This document shows positions 48,829 through 58,245 of a stretch of DNA of 64,000 nt, in pieces. Under the pieces are notes generated by a model. The model did not search any database. It had not been told where the DNA came from and saw only the letters and a list, made by a program, of their open reading frames with translations. The position numbers and the translations under genes were made by a program. Within the stretch, counting starts at the first letter, position 1, and each line of letters begins with the position of its first letter. Origin of the DNA: an uncultured Chloroflexia bacterium (lineage in GTDB: Bacteria > Chloroflexota > Anaerolineae > Anaerolineales > Anaerolineaceae); the NCBI GenBank assembly GCA_963843535.1, contig CAWJKU010000003.1, positions 192,156-256,155 on the forward strand, written 5' to 3'.

Positions 48829-50592
48829 TTGAACACACATGAATTCAGGGAAATGTATTTACATTTTTTTGAGGAGCGCGGGCATAAACGCATCCCATCC
48901 GCTCCGCTTCTCCCAGAAAATGATCCTTCGGTGCTGTTCACCACGGCTGGAATGCATCCGCTTGTCCCTTTCTTGCTCGGTGAACCCCATCCGTTAGGAA
49001 AACGCATCACCAATTTTCAAAAATGCATCCGCACCAACGACATCGATGAAGTCGGCGACGCCTCTCACCTCACGTTTTTTGAAATGCTGGGAAACTGGTC
49101 GTTGGGAGATTATTTTAAGGAAGAATCGCTCGCCTGGAGCGATGAATTTCTAACCGAGGTTTTATCCATACCGCGTGACCGCCTGGCAGTCACCGTGTTT
49201 GCCGGAGATAATGATGCCCCGCGCGACGACCTCGCAGCCAGCATCTGGCGGAAACTTGGCATCCCTGCGGAAAGGATCTTCTTCCTGCCAAAAACGGATA
49301 ATTGGTGGGGGCCAGCTGGCGTGACTGGCCCATGCGGTCCCGATTCAGAGATCTTTTATGACACCGGAAAGCCTGACCATGCTGGCTGCCGCCCGGGTTG
49401 TTCATGCGGAAAGTGGTTTGAAATCTGGAATAACGTCTTTCTAGAATACGAAAAAACATCGGCAGGGACCTTCCGGCGCTTGCCCAGGCATAATGTGGAT
49501 ACCGGATTGGGGGTAGAACGAACGCTGGCTGTTCTGCAAGGATTGGACGATATTTTCCATATCGAAACTTTGCAGCCCCTGGTGCAGTCGGTGGAAGACC
49601 TCTCGGGACGCAGATACGCCGTTCAGCCGGTGCCGTTTCGCGTGATTGTCGACCACTTGCGCGCAGTGACTTTTGCTATCGGTGATGGGGCGGTTCCATC
49701 CAACGTGGAAGCCGGCTACGTGGTCAGGCGGATGATCAGGCGCGCGGTGCGGTACGGTCGCGACCTGGGCATCACCGGCAATTTTCTCGGCCCGCTGGCC
49801 AATACGGTAATCGACCTGTTTGGCGGCACCTACCCAGAGCTGTTTGCCGGTCGGGCGCGCATCACTGCGGCAATCGATGATGAGGAAAGTAAATTTAAAT
49901 CTACCCTCGAACGAGGCATGCGCCAGTATCAAAAAACTTCGTCTCAGGTGCTGGAAAGAGGCGAGCGTATCATCCAGGGACCTGACGCGTTTGACCTGTT
50001 CGAAACCTACGGCTTTCCACTCGAGCTAACTGTCGAGCTGGCTCATGAACAGGATATGCTCGTGGATGAAGCAGGCTTTCAAGCAAGTTATACCGCGCAC
50101 CGCGAACAATCTCGCCGCAACCTGGATCAAAAATTTAAAGGCGGCCTGGCTGATCACACCCAGCGCACCACCCGCCTGCATACCGCATCGCATCTGCTCC
50201 AACAGGCGCTGCGCCAGGTGCTCGGCGAACATGTCCGGCAGATGGGCTCAAACATTACCCCAGAAAGGCTGCGCTTTGACTTCACCCACCCGGAAAAGAT
50301 CACGCCGGAACAGGCCGCCGAAGTGGAGCGGATCGTCAACCAGCAAATTCAAGCCGGCCTGCCGGTTACAATGGAAATCATGCCGCTGGACGAGGCTGTG
50401 AATAAAGGAGCGCTGGCGTTCTTCGGTGAAAAATACGGCGAGCTGGTAAAGGTTTATTCAATTGGCGATTTCTCCAAGGAAGTCTGCGGCGGGCCGCATG
50501 TGACCAATTCCGCCGAACTTGGTCGCTTTATAATTCAAAAAAGTGAAGCAGTGGGGCATGGAGTCAGGCGCATTCGTGCGACCCTCGAATAA
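48829..50592 (+). CDS. alaS: Alanine--tRNA ligase, short form lacking the C-Ala domain
   Basis: 587 aa, TTG start with AGGAGG 5 nt upstream. FTTAGM, FFEMLGNWS, WNNVF catalytic motifs. Editing-site HTASHLL and CGGPH. Ends right after the editing domain. Confidence 0.85.
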   Translation: MNTHEFREMYLHFFEERGHKRIPSAPLLPENDPSVLFTTAGMHPLVPFLLGEPHPLGKRITNFQKCIRTNDIDEVGDASHLTFFEMLGNWSLGDYFKEESLAWSDEFLTEVLSIPRDRLAVTVFAGDNDAPRDDLAASIWRKLGIPAERIFFLPKTDNWWGPAGVTGPCGPDSEIFYDTGKPDHAGCRPGCSCGKWFEIWNNVFLEYEKTSAGTFRRLPRHNVDTGLGVERTLAVLQGLDDIFHIETLQPLVQSVEDLSGRRYAVQPVPFRVIVDHLRAVTFAIGDGAVPSNVEAGYVVRRMIRRAVRYGRDLGITGNFLGPLANTVIDLFGGTYPELFAGRARITAAIDDEESKFKSTLERGMRQYQKTSSQVLERGERIIQGPDAFDLFETYGFPLELTVELAHEQDMLVDEAGFQASYTAHREQSRRNLDQKFKGGLADHTQRTTRLHTASHLLQQALRQVLGEHVRQMGSNITPERLRFDFTHPEKITPEQAAEVERIVNQQIQAGLPVTMEIMPLDEAVNKGALAFFGEKYGELVKVYSIGDFSKEVCGGPHVTNSAELGRFIIQKSEAVGHGVRRIRATLE

Positions 50593-50616
50593 TTCGAATT
50601 CGACCTTTTTCTTTCC

Positions 50617-50645
50617 TTGCTCCTGGTAAATGTTTGTGTTATAAT
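50617..50645 (+). promoter_or_regulatory. Predicted promoter of rplS
   Basis: TTGCTC (50617-50622), a 17-nt spacer, then TATAAT (50640-50645). Confidence 0.5.
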
Positions 50646-50702
50646 CCTGCCTCGCCCTCAAAGGCACAATGCAATTATTAACGAAAAGGCAAGGACGATC
50701 AA

Positions 50703-51053
50703 ATGAGTGACGAGTTGTTAAAATCTGTGGCAGCCCCCGTTAACCCGAACATTCCCCACCTGCAGCCAGGCGACACGGTTAGTGTTCATGTGAAAATTAA
50801 GGAAGGCAATCGCGAGCGTATTCAGGAGTTTAAAGGGACCGTGCTTTATAACCATAATGACGGCACCAACTCGACCTTTACCGTTCGCCGCGTGGCTTCC
50901 AATGGGGTAGGCGTCGAGCGCACGTTCCTGCTCCGCTCCCCCCGCATTGATAAGGTCGTCGTCGACCGGCACAATGTCGTCCGCCGGGCGCGCCTGTTTT
51001 ACCTGCGCGTACGCACCGGTAAGAGCGCTCGCCTGAAGCAGAAATTCTCCTGA
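50703..51053 (+). CDS. rplS: 50S ribosomal protein L19 (bL19)
   Basis: 116 aa. ...[30 protein letters not shown]......STFTVRR...GVGVERTF. Confidence 0.95.
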   Translation: MSDELLKSVAAPVNPNIPHLQPGDTVSVHVKIKEGNRERIQEFKGTVLYNHNDGTNSTFTVRRVASNGVGVERTFLLRSPRIDKVVVDRHNVVRRARLFYLRVRTGKSARLKQKFS

Positions 51054-51129
51054 TCTGTTTTCTTTCGCCAATACTTGAAGGGTGTGGCCATACGCCGGGC
51101 TACGCCCTTTTCATTTACACGGAGGATGT

Positions 51130-51853
51130 ATGAGCACCCCAATCATCGGCATCACCACCCAGCGCAATGCCACTTCTGGATCCATTCCAGTGGTAGGTTC
51201 GCCAGAAAGCTATATCCAAGCCGTGCAAAATGCCGGCGGACTGCCTTTATTGATCCCCCTGGACCTGACCACCTCTGAGCTGAACGAGGTATCTCAACCG
51301 GATCGACGGAGTGCTTTTACACGGCGGAGGCGACGTGGACCCGGCGTTTTTCCAGGGTCCAGCTCATGCTGAGGTTTACGGGATCGATCCCGACCGCGAC
51401 CGGGTGGAGCTAGAGCTGGTCCGCCTGGCGGCTGGCTCAAAAAAACCTTTCTTTGGCATCTGCCGCGGAATCCAGGTGATCAACGTTGCCCTGGGGGGGA
51501 CGCTGTACACCCACATACACGACCAGCACCCTGGCGCTCTGCGCCATGACTGGTACCCCAACATCCCTCGTGACTACCTGGCGCATACCGTCAAGGTACA
51601 GGAAAGCAGCAGCCTGTCCAGGATCCTGGGCAAAACCACCGTTGAGACCAACAGCCTGCACCACCAGGCGGTCCATCAGTCGGCGCCGCGGCTGACCGCG
51701 GTTGCCTGGGCTCCAGATGGCATTATCGAAGCCGTGGAGCTTTCCGATCACCCCTTTGGACTTGGCGTTCAATGGCACCCGGAAAACTTGCAGGCTCATC
51801 CCGAAATGCGCGCGCTGTTCCAGGCGCTGGTCGCGGCGTCCAGCCAGGCATAG
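51130..51853 (+). pseudogene. PuuD-like class I glutamine amidotransferase (peptidase C26) with an apparent 1-nt insertion near 51292
   Basis: Frame 1: MSTPIIGITTQR...GGLPLLIPLDLTTSELNEV, then nonsense and a stop at 51370. Frame 2 is open from 51284: LNRIDGVLLHGGGDVDP...FFGICRGIQVINVALGG...WHPE. Removing one base gives SELNEVLNRIDGVLLHGGGD. Confidence 0.75.
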
Positions 51854-51905
51854 AAACCGGCCAATTATATTCTCTTTTCCATCCAGAACGGATAAAATAA
51901 CACCT

Positions 51906-52733
51906 ATGGATTCAATCCCAATGGGTGTCTTTGATTCAGGTGTTGGCGGGCTTTCCGTTTTACGAGCGATTCGCCGCCAGATTCCCGCTCATCCCATCCT
52001 CTATTTTGCAGACCAGATCCATGTACCCTACGGTTCGCGCTCTGTGGGGGAAGTGCGCGCATATTCTCGAGAAATCACCCGTTTTCTGCTCGAAAAGGGA
52101 GCAAGACTGGTTGTGGTCGCCTGCAACACGGCTTCCGCGGCTGCCCTGCATGACTTGCGCCAGACATTCACCAGTGTACCCTTCGTGGGCATGGAACCCG
52201 CCGTGAAACCTGCCGCGGAAGGCACCCAGACAGGCGTTGTGGGGGTATTGGCCACGCCTGCCACTTTCCAATCCGAATTGTATTTCTCGGTGGTCGAACG
52301 ATTCGCCAGGGATGTGAAAATTATGCAGGATCCCTGTCCAGGACTGGTCCAGCAAATTGAAGCCGGTGATCTCACCGGGTTTAAAACGCGCCGAATACTG
52401 GAAAATGCGCTGCGTCCCATGCTCAAGTCAGGCATAGATACCATCGTTATGGGCTGCACACATTATCCATTTGTAATTCCCCTGATCCAGGAAATAACCG
52501 GGCCTGGGGTGCGCGTAATCGACCCGGCGCCGGCTGTCGCTCGCCAGGCTGGAAGGTTGATCACTGCCCATGGCTGGATGAGCGAAGATCTACAATCCGG
52601 TTGGATGAAGTTCTTCACCAGCGGCGATCCGCGTCTTTTTGCCCGAATGCTGCCGGTGCTTTTAGGAGAGACGGGCGAGGTTGATCATATCGACTGGGAA
52701 GTGGAACGTATCAGTACAGTTCTGCATTTGTAA
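51906..52733 (+). CDS. murI: Glutamate racemase
   Basis: Trimmed to ATG 51906 (MDSIPMGVFDSGVGGLSV...). ACNTAS and GCTHYP catalytic Cys motifs. Confidence 0.93.
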   Translation: MDSIPMGVFDSGVGGLSVLRAIRRQIPAHPILYFADQIHVPYGSRSVGEVRAYSREITRFLLEKGARLVVVACNTASAAALHDLRQTFTSVPFVGMEPAVKPAAEGTQTGVVGVLATPATFQSELYFSVVERFARDVKIMQDPCPGLVQQIEAGDLTGFKTRRILENALRPMLKSGIDTIVMGCTHYPFVIPLIQEITGPGVRVIDPAPAVARQAGRLITAHGWMSEDLQSGWMKFFTSGDPRLFARMLPVLLGETGEVDHIDWEVERISTVLHL

Positions 52734-52904
52734 CTTATTTAACGTCAAGTTAGATTAGTGAAATATCGCCCAATCACTTATCGCGAACTCTCTTTTTTTC
52801 ATGAAAATAAGGCTATCCGGGACTCTTATAATTTTAATCGGGCGATGAATTCAGGTTTGAGCGCTATGGTATACTTGGCCTTATCAAAAAGAAGGAGCCT
52901 TTAT

Positions 52905-53438
52905 ATGGCGCGCACCGAAATCGATGTCAACCCCGTTTTTCACATCACCATCGACGCCATTGGTAAACCCGGGCAGCGTGTTTTTTATATTCAAGGTTGG
53001 CAGTCAGATACACAGGTCATTACCTTGATTTTAGAGAAGGCCCAGGTACAGACCCTGGCCATGGGGATCGAACAGTTCCTGGCCGAAGTTCAACAGAAAT
53101 ATCCTGAGCTGGTCGAAGCATCCTCCGATTTCGACGAAAGTAAGATGAAGATCAGCCCTCCGGTAGATCCCATGTACCGTGTAGGTGAGTTAGGTCTGGC
53201 GTATGACGCGGATCAGGACAAGCTGGTACTGGTCGCCAGGGAAATATTGACAGAAGGCACTGAGCCTGAAGAGGCCAGCCTGGTCCGATTTTGGTGTTCA
53301 AGGTCACAAATGCGAGCTTTGGCCACATGGGGGCTGGATGTCACAAACCGTGGGCGGCCAATCTGCCCCCAGTGTGGTGAACCAATGGACCCGGAAGGCC
53401 ACTTCTGCCCGAAAAAGAATGGGCATAACCGAAATTAA
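52905..53438 (+). CDS. DUF3090 family protein
   Basis: Trimmed to ATG 52905 (GAAGGAG upstream). ...ITIDAIGKPGQRVFYIQ...C-terminal RPICPQCGEPMDPEGHFCPKKNGH. Confidence 0.7.
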   Translation: MARTEIDVNPVFHITIDAIGKPGQRVFYIQGWQSDTQVITLILEKAQVQTLAMGIEQFLAEVQQKYPELVEASSDFDESKMKISPPVDPMYRVGELGLAYDADQDKLVLVAREILTEGTEPEEASLVRFWCSRSQMRALATWGLDVTNRGRPICPQCGEPMDPEGHFCPKKNGHNRN

Positions 53439-53446
53439 TTTCTCCC

Positions 53447-54172
53447 ATGACCCCCGAGAAATCCACAATTTTGAATGCCTTGCAGAACGGTGAATACCAG
53501 CTGCAAGGCCAATTTTTAAGTGGGTCCAATTACACTTTCATGGTCGACCTCGTCTATGAGGATCTGGCCTTAACCGCCGTATATAAGCCCATGCGCGGCG
53601 AACAGCCTTTATGGGATTTTCCTGCCGGTTCCCTCAGCAAACGTGAAGTGGCTGCTTTTGAAGTCAGCGAAATTCTTGGCTGGGATTTAGTCCCGCCCAC
53701 GATCTTCCGCCGGAAAGGTCCTTTGGGGGCCGGCTCCTTGCAGCAGTATATAGAACACAACCCGGAATACCACTTTTTTAATTTTAATGAAGAAGACCGC
53801 CAGCGTCTGCGGCCTGTGGCCTTGTTCGACCTTTTGATTAATAACGCCGACCGCAAAGGCGGACATATTCTCAAGTCGGCCGACGGCCACCTGTGGCTCA
53901 TCGATCACGGTATTTGTTTTCACGTGGAAGACAAGCTGCGCACGGTCGTCTGGGATTTCTCCGGCGAACTGATCCCGGCTGCTTTACTCTCAGATGTGTG
54001 CCGCCTGGTCGAACAGGAGGAAAAACATCAGCTGCTTACTCAAAAGCTGGATCAGCTGCTGCGAAAAGGAGAAATTTCCGCTTTAATCACCCGGGCACAA
54101 CGCCTGGCAGACCAGGGGATCTTTCCGACCCCATTGGGCACCAGGCGTTCCTACCCCTGGCCCCCGGTTTAG
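53447..54172 (+). CDS. SCO1664-family protein (PI3/PI4-kinase-like fold)
   Basis: 241 aa. LINNADRKGGHIL catalytic-loop-like and WLIDHGICFH DFG-like motifs. Adjacent to DUF3090, as in the known conserved pair. Confidence 0.65.
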   Translation: MTPEKSTILNALQNGEYQLQGQFLSGSNYTFMVDLVYEDLALTAVYKPMRGEQPLWDFPAGSLSKREVAAFEVSEILGWDLVPPTIFRRKGPLGAGSLQQYIEHNPEYHFFNFNEEDRQRLRPVALFDLLINNADRKGGHILKSADGHLWLIDHGICFHVEDKLRTVVWDFSGELIPAALLSDVCRLVEQEEKHQLLTQKLDQLLRKGEISALITRAQRLADQGIFPTPLGTRRSYPWPPV

Positions 54173-54202
54173 AAAATCCTGCTCTTGGATAACAGGAGGT
54201 AT

Positions 54203-55234
54203 ATGGCGCACCTATCTCTGGCATTGGTAGGATTTGGAAATGTCGGTCGCGCGCTGGCGAGCTTGCTGATGCGTAAGCGAATCGAATTAATCGAAAAATA
54301 CGGCCTTACATTCCAGATCAATGGGATTGCTACCGGACGGCATGGTACGGTGATCGATCCCTCCGGAATCGATATTCAACGAGCACTGGAGCTCGCAGAC
54401 GGGGACCATCCGATCACCGAACTCAACCGTCAACCGCCGGTTGGCTCGGTCATTGAATTTATCCAGATCGTACCCGCGGACATTCTTTTTGAAAACTCGC
54501 CAGTCAACCACCACACCGGCCAACCTGCCACCGATTATCTGAAGGCTGCCTTGCAGCGAGGCATGCACGCCATTACGGCCAACAAGGGGCCGGTAGCGCA
54601 TGCGTTCGAAGAGTTAAATGCGCTGGCAGCCCGCCAAAACCGGCGCTTCTTATTCGAATCAACCGTCATGGATGGAGCGCCTATATTCTCGCTCTTTCGC
54701 GGTCCCCTGCCCTGCGCTGAGCTGCGAGGATTTCGCGGAATCTTAAATTCTTGCACCAATTTAATCCTGGGACTGATGGAAGAGGGGCAGTCATTTGACC
54801 AGGCCGTCGCCTATGCGCAATCTATCGGAATCACTGAAACCGACCCCGGCGCTGACATCGACGGATGGGACGCCGCCATCAAGGTGGCGGCTCTGGCAAC
54901 CGTTTTGCTGGGCGTTCCTCTTAAACCGCAAGAAGTAGAACGCACCGGCATCCGCGGAATCACCCAGACGCAGATAAGCGAAGCTCACCAACTGGGCCAC
55001 CGCTGGAAATTGGTGTGCGAATGCACTCATCATGGGGATCAGTTGGAAGCGCGCGTCGCCCCAGAAAAGGTTGCACCCGACTCACCATTTTTTTCAATTA
55101 ACGGCACCAGCTCTTACGTCCAGTTCGAGCTGGATGTGCTGCCTGGCCTGGGCATCGTTGAGACCAACCCCGGACCTGAAACCACGGCCTACGGCCTGCT
55201 TGCGGATATGATCAACGCGTTCCGCGGGATGTGA
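54203..55234 (+). CDS. Homoserine dehydrogenase family protein (no ACT domain)
   Basis: Start ATG 54203 after AGGAGG. LVGFGNVGRAL Rossmann motif, ITANKGPVA, GILNSCTNLIL, GITETDPGADIDGWDAA. Confidence 0.75.
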   Translation: MAHLSLALVGFGNVGRALASLLMRKRIELIEKYGLTFQINGIATGRHGTVIDPSGIDIQRALELADGDHPITELNRQPPVGSVIEFIQIVPADILFENSPVNHHTGQPATDYLKAALQRGMHAITANKGPVAHAFEELNALAARQNRRFLFESTVMDGAPIFSLFRGPLPCAELRGFRGILNSCTNLILGLMEEGQSFDQAVAYAQSIGITETDPGADIDGWDAAIKVAALATVLLGVPLKPQEVERTGIRGITQTQISEAHQLGHRWKLVCECTHHGDQLEARVAPEKVAPDSPFFSINGTSSYVQFELDVLPGLGIVETNPGPETTAYGLLADMINAFRGM

Positions 55235-55758
55235 TTACGGTGGGGAGACGTGAGGGAACTGTGAAACGGGAGCACAAACCCGTCGTGATCTACCTGGGCC
55301 TGGGCACAAATCTTGGCGACCGGCTGGATAATTTGCGCGCTGCCAGGGTCGCCCTGTCACCTCGGGTATTCGTCCTGCGCGCTTCACAGGTATACGAAAC
55401 GCTTCCCTGGGGGTACGCCGACCAGCCGTCATTTCTCAACCAGGTGCTTGAAGCTCAAACCCTCCTTACCCCTCGGCGGCTGCTGGCGCATTTGAAATCC
55501 ATCGAAAGCCGCCTGGGGCGGACACCCACCTTTCGTTATGGTCCGCGCCTGATCGATATCGATATCTTGTTTTATGGCAGCCAGATCATTGAAATGGATG
55601 GATTGATTATCCCTCATCCGCACCTGGCGGAACGCGCTTTTGTGCTGTTTCCGCTGGCTGAACTGGCGCCAGACCTGGTTCATCCCCATAGCGGCCTTTC
55701 TGTCCAACAACTTTTAGGGCAGTTCGATTCAAGCGGCGTGGAGGTATATCATGGTTAA
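55231..55758 (+). CDS. folK: 2-amino-4-hydroxy-6-hydroxymethyldihydropteridine diphosphokinase
   Basis: IYLGLGTNLGDR...VYETLPWGY.DQP.FLN...RYGPRLIDIDILFY...PHP. Start uncertain: GTG 55231 overlaps the upstream stop, with GTG 55261 as the alternative. Confidence 0.88.
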   Translation: MITVGRREGTVKREHKPVVIYLGLGTNLGDRLDNLRAARVALSPRVFVLRASQVYETLPWGYADQPSFLNQVLEAQTLLTPRRLLAHLKSIESRLGRTPTFRYGPRLIDIDILFYGSQIIEMDGLIIPHPHLAERAFVLFPLAELAPDLVHPHSGLSVQQLLGQFDSSGVEVYHG

Positions 55759-56623
55759 ACTGAATTATCCTTTTCACTGGGGCAGCCGGACTTTTATTAT
55801 GGGTATCTTGAATATCACTCCCGACAGTTTTTCCGGGGACGGACTCCTCCAGCAGGAAGACTCAGTTCAATATGCCGTTGAGCAGGCCAGGCAGTTTATA
55901 AAAGCCGGGGCTGACATATTGGATATCGGCGGTGAATCGACCCGTCCCGGCTCACAGCCGGTGGATGCCGTGGAGGAATTAGAGCGGATTTTACCTGTGC
56001 TGCGCGCCATTGTGCGGGAAGACCTGGATGTACTGCTGTCTGTGGATACTTATAAAGCGGCAGTGGCAGAAGCAGCCCTGCAGGTCGCGCCTGTTTGGAT
56101 CAACGATATCTGGGGGCTGCGCGCCGATCCGACTCTTGCCCCACTTGCCGCCCGCAGCGGGGTGCCTGTCATTCTAATGCATAACCGTCTAAAACCTGCC
56201 AGCGCGGAGTTGGAAGCGCGCCTGGGTGGACGCTACGTGGGCGTAAAGTACGATAACCTCCTGGAAGACATCAAACGCGAGCTGATGGAGAGCGTTGCCC
56301 TTGCACGCCAGGCAGGCATACGCGATGAAAATATTATTCTCGATCCGGGAATCGGGTTTGGCAAGACCGTTGAGCAAAATCTGGAGCTGCTCAACAGGCT
56401 GGACGAAATACGCGCGCTCGGTTTCCCCCTCTTATTAGGCCCGTCACGCAAATCATTCATCGGCTACACTCTGAATCTGCCCCCCGACCAGCGCATGGAG
56501 GGCACCGCGGCGGCTGTCGCGGTGGGGATCGTGCGCGGTGTGGATATCATGCGCATCCACGACGTAGAACCCATCACGCGCGTCGCCCGGATGGCTGATG
56601 CCATTGTCAGAAAATTGGTATAA
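55751..56623 (+). CDS. folP: Dihydropteroate synthase
   Basis: IMGILNITPDSFSGDG, DIGGESTRPG, GPSRKSFIG motifs. 8-nt overlap with folK. Confidence 0.93.
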   Translation: MVKLNYPFHWGSRTFIMGILNITPDSFSGDGLLQQEDSVQYAVEQARQFIKAGADILDIGGESTRPGSQPVDAVEELERILPVLRAIVREDLDVLLSVDTYKAAVAEAALQVAPVWINDIWGLRADPTLAPLAARSGVPVILMHNRLKPASAELEARLGGRYVGVKYDNLLEDIKRELMESVALARQAGIRDENIILDPGIGFGKTVEQNLELLNRLDEIRALGFPLLLGPSRKSFIGYTLNLPPDQRMEGTAAAVAVGIVRGVDIMRIHDVEPITRVARMADAIVRKLV

Positions 56624-56721
56624 TGACCTCGTTCGTCAATAATTGGGAATCACTGTATCTTTTCCCCTTTTTTGCGATCAAATTAATGACTGAACAAGAT
56701 TAACCAACAACGAGGTTGCCC

Positions 56722-58119
56722 ATGTCCAATTATGATGTCATCGTTATAGGCGCTGGTCCAGGCGGTTATGTAGCCGCTATTCGAGCCGCGCAATTAGGAA
56801 AAAAAACCGCAATCATCGACAAGCAGTGGTTGGGAGGTGTCTGCCTGAATGTGGGCTGCATTCCTTCAAAATCACTGCTTAAAAATGCAGATGTCGCGCA
56901 CACCTTGCGTGAACGCGGCAAGGAATTCGGTTTTTCATTCGAAAACTTGAAGCTCGATTATTCGGTGGCGGTCAAACGCAGCCGCTCGGCTTCAGACCGC
57001 CTCACCCGCGGGGTAGGTTTTCTGATGCGCAAGAACCAGATCGATGTGCTGATGGGTGCTGCCAGGCTGCTGTCCAAAGACAAGGTGGAAGTAACCGATA
57101 AAGACGGCAAAGCCAGCCAGCATACCGCCAAAGACATCATTATCGCCACCGGCGCCACGGCGGTCATGATCCCCGGCATCCAGGCTGACGGCGAGCGCGT
57201 CCTCACATATGGGGAGGCTATTCTGCAAGAAACCCTGCCAAAATCAGTTGTGATCATTGGCGCGGGCGCTATTGGGGTCGAATTTGCCACGGTGTGGAAC
57301 TCATACGGCGCGAAAGTCACGCTGGTTGAAATGCTCCCTCGCATTGTGCCCCTGGAAGATGAAGAAATCTCTGCAGAGCTCGCTAAAGCATTTCAAAAAA
57401 GAGGCATCTCGATATTAACCGGCACAAAGGTTCAGTCCATTGAAACGAAGAAAAACGGGGTAACGGTCAAAGTAGCGGCCCCGGATGGGGAAAAACTTCT
57501 CGAAGCTGAGCAGGCATTGGTTGCGATCGGTTTCAAACCTAACACCAAAGATATCGGATTGGAAGCCGCGGGAGTAAAGACCAGCCCGCGCGGCTTCATC
57601 GAAATCGATGAGCGCATGGCGACCAATGTGCCTGGGATCTGGGCTATTGGCGATGTTTCCGGAAAACTGCTGCTGGCGCATGTTGCCTCAGCGCAAGGGA
57701 TCATCTGTGCCGAAAATATAGCCGGCGCCGAAACCATCACCCTCGATTACACCATGATGCCGCGCGCTACGTACTGCCATCCCCAGGTGGCTTCCTTTGG
57801 ATTAACCGAAGCGCAAGCCAAAGAACAGGGCCACGCGATAAAAGTCGGCCGCTTCCCCTTCCAGGCCAACGGGAAAGCGCTCGGCCTGGGAGATTATGCA
57901 GGCTTTGTGAAAATTATTCGCGACGAGAAATACGGTGAAATTTTGGGGGCACATATGATTGGACCAGATGTGTCTGAACTGCTCCCTGAATTGACCCTGG
58001 CTCAGCGGATGGAGATGACCACTGAGGAAATCGCTCGCAACGTGCATGCCCACCCGACGCTCAGCGAAGCGCTGATGGAAGCCGCGGAAGGCGCAGAAGG
58101 TCGCGCCATTCAAATATAG
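56722..58119 (+). CDS. lpdA: Dihydrolipoyl dehydrogenase
   Basis: VIGAGPGGY, GGVCLNVGCIPSK redox disulfide, HAHPTLSE. Confidence 0.93.
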   Translation: MSNYDVIVIGAGPGGYVAAIRAAQLGKKTAIIDKQWLGGVCLNVGCIPSKSLLKNADVAHTLRERGKEFGFSFENLKLDYSVAVKRSRSASDRLTRGVGFLMRKNQIDVLMGAARLLSKDKVEVTDKDGKASQHTAKDIIIATGATAVMIPGIQADGERVLTYGEAILQETLPKSVVIIGAGAIGVEFATVWNSYGAKVTLVEMLPRIVPLEDEEISAELAKAFQKRGISILTGTKVQSIETKKNGVTVKVAAPDGEKLLEAEQALVAIGFKPNTKDIGLEAAGVKTSPRGFIEIDERMATNVPGIWAIGDVSGKLLLAHVASAQGIICAENIAGAETITLDYTMMPRATYCHPQVASFGLTEAQAKEQGHAIKVGRFPFQANGKALGLGDYAGFVKIIRDEKYGEILGAHMIGPDVSELLPELTLAQRMEMTTEEIARNVHAHPTLSEALMEAAEGAEGRAIQI

Positions 58120-58136
58120 AAAGTTCGCTCGAGATG

Positions 58137-58176
58137 GGTTCGATCTGCCTGTTTGGGTCGAACCTTTCTTTTTTTT
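58137..58176 (+). terminator. Intrinsic terminator after lpdA
   Basis: ggttcga (58137-58143) / tcgaacc (58158-58164) followed by tttcttttttttt. Confidence 0.65.
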
Positions 58177-58245
58177 CAGGAAGCCTGCATACGAGATGGT
58201 ATAATCTTGCGGTATTTATAAAATTTTAGGAATGAAAGAACTCAC

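Noticed and set aside
50590-50612. Possible terminator after alaS (tcgaataattcgaattcga followed by ccttttt)
   Set aside because: The stem is only 5-6 AT-rich base pairs with a short interrupted T-run. It is too weak to call.
51702-51905. N-terminal 68-aa extension of the murI ORF overlapping the amidotransferase gene
   Set aside because: The extension has no homology-like features. The canonical MurI N-terminus (MGVFDSGVGGLSV) begins right after ATG 51906. Similar trimming was applied to the rpsD, rplF, rplE, rplW, rplC and DUF3090 ORFs.
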